Part shown: in pieces, positions 8,290 through 11,779 of the stretch
Position numbering within the stretch: position 1 is the first letter of the stretch
Layout of the letters: each line of letters starts with the position of its first letter
Notes under the pieces: generated by a model
What the model was told of the DNA's origin: nothing
The model's database searches: none
What the model saw: the letters and a program-made list of their open reading frames with translations, nothing else
Translations under genes and position numbers: made by a program
Assembly (NCBI GenBank): GCA_013306035.1
Contig: JABUBF010000011.1
Span: forward strand, 1-11,779
Direction of reading: 5' to 3'
Length of the DNA: 11,779 nucleotides
DNA from: Nitrososphaerota archaeon
Lineage (GTDB): Archaea; Thermoproteota; Nitrososphaeria; Nitrososphaerales; UBA57

Positions 8290-8683
8290 TTTGTCCGTTT
8301 CATACTGGAGATTAAGAGATAGATATTATAGAATTATTGGTTCTATTTGCGACTCTTGCAACTATGAATCTTTTCCTAAATTCAATACTTGCCCGAAATG
8401 TAAATCTCATGATATTTCAGATAAAGAGATGCCACATACTGGAAAAATAATTTCTTACACTCTTTCGTATGAATCCATGCCTGGATTTGAACATGAATTA
8501 CCTATGTCTATTGGTTTAATTAAACTCGATAATGGCGTTAATATTGTTTCACAACTTGTAGATTCTGAAGTTGAAGATATTAAAATTAATGCAAATGTTA
8601 AAGCTGTTTTCAGAAAGATTAATGCAGATGGGAATTCTGGTCAAATTTATTATGGATATAAATTTAAAGTAATTAATGCGTAG
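8279..8683 (+). CDS. DUF35-family Zn-ribbon/OB-fold protein (scaffold partner of archaeal thiolase and HMG-CoA synthase)
   Basis: 134 aa with an N-terminal C4 zinc ribbon (CDSC...CPKC) followed by an OB-fold-like segment (GKIISYTL...IGLIKLDNGVNIVSQL...VKAVFRK). It sits directly after the thiolase. The TTG start at 8279 overlaps the thiolase stop (8287-8289). An alternative TTG at 8291 gives no overlap. Confidence 0.85.
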   Translation: MLIDLSVSYWRLRDRYYRIIGSICDSCNYESFPKFNTCPKCKSHDISDKEMPHTGKIISYTLSYESMPGFEHELPMSIGLIKLDNGVNIVSQLVDSEVEDIKINANVKAVFRKINADGNSGQIYYGYKFKVINA

Positions 8684-8685
8684 AA

Positions 8686-8737
8686 ATAGGGCAACAGAAC
8701 CATAGGATGAAGGGGGTTTATCCCATTGATGCCCTAT
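8686..8737. other. GC-rich imperfect hairpin or candidate structured RNA element (strand unresolved)
   Basis: An outer 8-bp perfect stem pairs 8686-8693 (ATAGGGCA) with 8730-8737 (TGCCCTAT). An inner 7-bp stem with one A.C mismatch pairs 8702-8708 (ATAGGAT) with 8720-8726 (ATCCCAT), closing an 11-nt loop GAAGGGGGTTT. An asymmetric internal loop separates the stems (ACAGAACC vs TGA). GC content is clearly above the flanking intergenic DNA. Confidence 0.35.
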
Positions 8738-8757
8738 CTCAACTCGACACCTTACTA

Positions 8758-8777
8758 ATGTAATTATCTCATTACAT
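8758..8777. other. Perfect 7-bp hairpin ATGTAAT-TATCTC-ATTACAT in the convergent intergenic region
   Basis: Read directly from the sequence. All 7 pairs are Watson-Crick. Function is unknown; it may be a 3'-end structure. Confidence 0.3.
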
Positions 8778-8812
8778 AACATAACGACAAAAATATTTGA
8801 CTAATTTATTTA

Positions 8813-8820
8813 TTTTTTTT
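8813..8820 (+). terminator. Oligo-T tract (T8, within TTTATTTATTTTTTTT); candidate archaeal intrinsic terminator for the plus-strand HMGCS/thiolase/DUF35 transcript
   Basis: This is the first long T-run downstream of the DUF35 stop. Archaeal RNA polymerase terminates at oligo-T tracts. If it is used, the structured element at 8686-8737 would lie in the 3' UTR. Confidence 0.35.
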
Positions 8821-8838
8821 ACTCAATTTACTCATAAA

Positions 8839-9156
8839 TCATAAAAAATTCATTAAAAATATCAATATTATTATGTTTATTATTAGAATTCCAACCATCT
8901 TGATCTCTTTTTTATCAATATATTCTCCAACAATATTAATTGTCGCATATAATAGCATTCCAAATGACAATGGAATCAAAACTGTTGATTTAGTAAATAC
9001 AGAATATATCAGTATTACTGCTGTTGTTATCTCAGCAATTATATGAGTTTTTATGTAGGTATTATTCAATTTTGACTTTCTCAAATAATTTATCCAATAT
9101 GCTATGATGGATATTCCTGCTATTATTGCATAATACGTTATATAGTCAGACATCAT
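8839..9156 (-). CDS. Hypothetical small membrane protein (about 4 TM segments)
   Basis: 105-aa ORF with hydrophobic segments YYAIIAGISIIAYWINYL, IIAEITTAVILIYSVF, VLIPLSFGMLLYATINIVG and MVGILIINIIILIFLMNFL. Its ATGATG start (9156-9151) lies inside the last codons of the upstream EVE gene. Confidence 0.5.
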   Translation of the reverse strand: MMSDYITYYAIIAGISIIAYWINYLRKSKLNNTYIKTHIIAEITTAVILIYSVFTKSTVLIPLSFGMLLYATINIVGEYIDKKEIKMVGILIINIIILIFLMNFL

Positions 9157-9571
9157 ATTTCTTGTTAGATAATTTAATTATCTCACTCCAATATTCTTTT
9201 GTTACAGGCATTACTGATAATCTGGGTATACGTACTAAATCAAAATCATTAAAAAATATATTTGATTTAATTTCTTTTAGTGTTACAGACCTAGTTAATT
9301 TTTTCACGGGTTTTATATCAAATACTGCAAATTTTTTATCATCTTTGTTTGGATCACTATATGAACCTCTAATTACTTTTGCAATTCCTATGATTGATTT
9401 TTCTTTTCCTGTATGATAATATAGTAAGTCATCTCCTTTCAAAATTTTTCTAATATGTTTTAAAGCTAAATTATTTCCCACTCCATCCCATACTGTTTTT
9501 TTATCATTTATTAGATCATTATATGAATATTTTGTAGGTTCTTCTTTTATCAACCAATAATTGTTTTTCAT
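9146..9571 (-). CDS. EVE-domain (PUA-like, THYN1/DUF55-type) protein
   Basis: 141 aa. YWLIKEEPTKYSYNDL...WDGVGNNLALKHIRKILKGDDLLYYHTGKEKSIIGIAKVIRGSYSDP...FDIKPVKKLTRSVTLKEIK follows the standalone EVE-domain pattern (YWL.K.EP...W.GVRN..A...(l)r.m..GD....YHS......vG.a.V....y.D). Confidence 0.85.
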   Translation of the reverse strand: MKNNYWLIKEEPTKYSYNDLINDKKTVWDGVGNNLALKHIRKILKGDDLLYYHTGKEKSIIGIAKVIRGSYSDPNKDDKKFAVFDIKPVKKLTRSVTLKEIKSNIFFNDFDLVRIPRLSVMPVTKEYWSEIIKLSNKKYDV

Positions 9572-9667
9572 AAATTGTATTAAATTTAAATGTATTAATT
9601 CTCTTTCTATGTATATTAATTATAATATTTTTATTATTAATTATTTATAATATATTGTTATTTGTTC

Positions 9668-9748
9668 TTAATTAAAAGCGAGTCCAGGTGTCATGAGCAA
9701 TACTAGTGCCGAGGCTGTTAAAAGCCAAGCTATATCTCCAGTAACCAT
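9668..9748 (-). pseudogene. amt: Relic of an ammonium transporter (Amt) gene: the first 25 residues are intact, followed by a stop
   Basis: The minus-strand ORF atg gtt act gga gat ata gct tgg ... ctc gct ttt aat taa translates to MVTGDIAWLLTASALVLLMTPGLAFN*. It matches the conserved Amt/Mep N-terminus (D.AW.L...ALVLLM.PGLAFFYGG) up to the residue before FYGG. Downstream sequence on that strand is non-coding AT-rich DNA in all frames. The segment is a GC island (about 45%) between AT-rich flanks. Confidence 0.6.
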
Positions 9749-9891
9749 GAATTATATTTATTCAATCATGGCTATGTTAACCTTACGTTTGTTCAATTAT
9801 TATTGATTTTACTATACATATAACCAATATTCATATAATATTCTATAAATAGCAGCAGTTATGATAAACTAAATCCTGATTTAAGACCACA

Positions 9892-9901
9892 TTTTTATAT
9901 T
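9892..9901 (+). promoter_or_regulatory. TATA-like box (TTTTTATATT), about -29 to -20 relative to the ATG of the PQQ-dehydrogenase gene; consistent with a leaderless transcript
   Basis: Position relative to ATG 9921, and no purine-rich SD-like sequence between them (AAAAACAAAAACACCTGTT). Confidence 0.3.
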
Positions 9902-9920
9902 AAAAACAAAAACACCTGTT

Positions 9921-11779
9921 ATGAACCATAAATATTGGGGAGTAATTTTAGCAGTGCTTTTATCAAGTATACTGCTAGTTTCCTCTACGTCAACTGTTTC
10001 AACTCCAGCAATTCAAAACGCTGAGGCGCAACAGCTAAGTAGATGGGAGCGAAATTGGGAGTACCATAACGCAAATGCTTGGGGCACCAACTATAATCCA
10101 CAAACTCAACTTAACTCAGGTAATGTAGAACATTTAGAAGTTAAGTGGATGTATCCAATACCATCGTCAGTTGACGTTGGTCAAAATGAGATACCTGGAT
10201 TTGGTAGTGTCGAAGGCAGTATGGCTGTTCCTTTAATAATTGACGGTAACGTCTATCTTATCTTAAATCGAAAAACCGTACTCGCAATGGATGCAAGTGA
10301 TGGTTCTAGTATTTGGGATGCTGCTTATGTAACAGAAGCAGATAATGCAAGAAACGCAGCACCAGAAGGTGGTAGGTTACCTATTACCGCTGAATTTGCA
10401 CATACACATGCAATGCACTATATTGCAGAAAAAGGCGGTGGAACATTATGGTTCACTGACTTTGGTTGTAAAATGACCGGTATTAATGCAGATGACGGAT
10501 CACATTATAAATCATTTGAAGATCTATGTCTAGAGATTCCTCTTGACAGTCCTCTAGGAAAAGGTATCCCTGGAAACAGTGGTTACTTTGGAAGTCTTCA
10601 ACCACATCCACCACAATTCTTAAACTCTAGGAATTTAGTGTACTATTCACAAGGTGGTGCTGGTGAAGGAACCTGGGGAGGTCGTAACTACATTGCTGCA
10701 CATGATGCAAACACTGGTGATGTCGTTTGGAGAACATACTTAATGCCTCCTTGTGGCGATCCTGACAGTCTCGCAAAAACTGAAGTAGCATGTGAACCAT
10801 TGTTCGAAAAAGAAAAAGCTGAATGGGGTGACTGGTTAGTCGATAATTGTGATAAATGGTGGATTCAAGCAAAGACACCACATACCACAAATAAAGCTCC
10901 AGTAGTACCTGACGTTCCTGCAATCAAATCTTGTGAAATGAACCAAGATATCCTTAGAAACGACTGGGGAAAGATGGTAGGAAATTCTGGTATAAGCAAC
11001 ATTTGGGGACAGATGGTTATTGATCAAGAAGATGAAAAACTTATAGTCGGTACAGCTCAACCAGGTCCTGATTGGAATGCAACATTCAGACCAGGTCCAA
11101 ATCTCTTTGCCTCAGCAATTCTTAAAATTGACGCAGTTACAGGTGAAATTGACTGGGCATACCAGACAACAACAAGAGACCCATGGGATTATGACTGTTC
11201 ATGGAACACAATTCTAGCTGAAGATGTCGTAGTTAAGGGAGAACTCCGCGATAAAGTAGTAATCAAAGGATGTAAGAACGGAAGAGTTCACATTCTAGAT
11301 TATGCTGACGGTACACCACTTCATATATTTGAATCAGTAAATACTCGAAGAACACCATTCGCTGAATTATTAGACCCACTTAACGACGTTGAAATGGTAC
11401 GAAGAACAGCTAACACTTGTGATTCTGCACAGATTAAATATGCAAATCATGAGGAATGTGGTAATAGACCATACTGGCTTAACTGCCCTGCAGTAGGCTG
11501 TTTAGAGTCTGATATCACATACAACCATGATCTAAACATGGTCTTCTTCAGTACATTCAATGAGCCAAGATGGACTCAGGCTGGTAATGCAGTAGGACCA
11601 TGCTCAGTATGTGGTATGGCCGCAAGCGTTCCACAACCTGACTCATATGACGTACAGATTAATGCAACAGTTAATGCATTTGATGTCGACACTGGTGTAA
11701 ATGTTTGGAATTACTTCATTGACAACAGAGGATTCCGTGGTGGTACAATCACAACCGCCGATTTGGTATTCTTCTCTGG
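9921..11779 (+). CDS. Secreted or membrane-anchored PQQ-dependent dehydrogenase-like 8-bladed beta-propeller protein (partial; continues beyond the window end)
   Basis: Hand translation from ATG 9921 is open for 619 codons to the window edge, so it is absent from the ORF track. The N-terminal signal/anchor is MNHKYWGVILAVLLSSILLVSSTSTV. Quinoprotein propeller motifs recur: VLAMDASDGSSIWD, IAAHDANTGDVVWRTY, ILKIDAVTGEIDWAYQ, VHILDYADGTPLH, VNAFDVDTGVNVWNY. It also has RDPWDYDCSWN (the D.WD.D region) and GGTITTADLVFFS. Confidence 0.85.
   Translation, partial: MNHKYWGVILAVLLSSILLVSSTSTVSTPAIQNAEAQQLSRWERNWEYHNANAWGTNYNPQTQLNSGNVEHLEVKWMYPIPSSVDVGQNEIPGFGSVEGSMAVPLIIDGNVYLILNRKTVLAMDASDGSSIWDAAYVTEADNARNAAPEGGRLPITAEFAHTHAMHYIAEKGGGTLWFTDFGCKMTGINADDGSHYKSFEDLCLEIPLDSPLGKGIPGNSGYFGSLQPHPPQFLNSRNLVYYSQGGAGEGTWGGRNYIAAHDANTGDVVWRTYLMPPCGDPDSLAKTEVACEPLFEKEKAEWGDWLVDNCDKWWIQAKTPHTTNKAPVVPDVPAIKSCEMNQDILRNDWGKMVGNSGISNIWGQMVIDQEDEKLIVGTAQPGPDWNATFRPGPNLFASAILKIDAVTGEIDWAYQTTTRDPWDYDCSWNTILAEDVVVKGELRDKVVIKGCKNGRVHILDYADGTPLHIFESVNTRRTPFAELLDPLNDVEMVRRTANTCDSAQIKYANHEECGNRPYWLNCPAVGCLESDITYNHDLNMVFFSTFNEPRWTQAGNAVGPCSVCGMAASVPQPDSYDVQINATVNAFDVDTGVNVWNYFIDNRGFRGGTITTADLVFFS

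Noticed and set aside
8686-8757. Possible C-terminal remnant of the truncated amt gene, or an att-type boundary of an inserted EVE cassette
   Set aside because: Translation in all six frames gives nothing Amt-like. I saw no integrase, no flanking direct repeats and no tRNA target.
8686-8760. Possible tRNA gene, because of a GC-rich island in AT-rich intergenic DNA with a 7-8 bp terminal stem
   Set aside because: Only about 50 nt lie between the paired ends. On neither strand is there a T-loop (TTCRA), a D-loop GG or a plausible anticodon arm. I also tried extended or intron-containing arrangements by eye and none fit. tRNAscan-SE or ARAGORN should confirm the negative.
8549-8782. Minus-strand 77-aa ORF spanning the DUF35 3' end and the intergenic structured element
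   Set aside because: Half of it is antisense to DUF35 and the rest reads through the GC-rich hairpin. It has no family resemblance, and the structure explains the region better.
9126-9416. Plus-strand 96-aa ORF
   Set aside because: It is antisense to the EVE-domain CDS, which carries clear family motifs.
9572-9920. AT-rich intergenic DNA as a possible replication origin (DUE)
   Set aside because: I could see no ORB or mini-ORB-like inverted repeats, and there is no adjacent orc1/cdc6 gene. Extreme AT-richness is normal for intergenic DNA in this genome.
10627-11060. Minus-strand ORFs 10627-10923 (98 aa) and 10836-11060 (74 aa)
   Set aside because: Both are antisense to the long PQQ-propeller reading frame, which is open for 619 codons and carries repeated family motifs.
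11608-11625. C-S-V-C in GPCSVCGMAAS as a possible c-type haem-binding site
   Set aside because: The motif is CxxCG rather than CxxCH, because no His follows. A disulfide or metal site is more likely, so it is not called as a cytochrome domain.
1-11779. CRISPR arrays, transposases or integrases, rRNA operons, prophage-like content
   Set aside because: None were seen. There are no regularly spaced direct repeats, and every large ORF has a housekeeping-type assignment or is a small membrane protein.

Overview
This is an AT-rich archaeal chromosomal window (about 30% GC by eye; hand-counted 60-nt lines range from 18% to 48%). The archaeal assignment rests on an archaeal-type TyrRS, family B DNA polymerase, RNA polymerase subunit P, an HMG-CoA synthase/thiolase/DUF35 module and a Dpm1-like glycosyltransferase. 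The composition and an Amt-like fragment suggest a marine Nitrososphaeria/Thaumarchaeota-like genome, but that is inference only. Gene order is: polB 5' part (minus, runs off the left edge, absent from the ORF track), small membrane protein, tyrS, MscS-family channel, DegT-family aminotransferase, GT2 polyprenol-phosphate glycosyltransferase, rpoP (below the ORF-track size cutoff, TTG start), HMG-CoA synthase, thiolase-like protein, DUF35 protein. A convergent intergenic region follows, holding a GC-rich structured element. Then come a small membrane protein and an EVE-domain protein (both minus, overlapping), an extremely AT-rich spacer, and a 26-codon relic of an ammonium-transporter N-terminus (minus). 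The window ends with a long secreted PQQ-type beta-propeller dehydrogenase that runs off the right edge and is also absent from the ORF track. There are no CRISPR arrays, rRNA, convincing tRNA, transposases or integrases. The points most worth follow-up are: (1) the thiolase-like protein shows a Cys-His-Asn residue pattern rather than the thiolase pattern; (2) the amt relic sits divergently next to a compositionally distinct PQQ dehydrogenase; (3) an unexplained structured GC island lies just after the DUF35 stop codon; (4) the EVE gene is coupled to a small membrane-protein gene.
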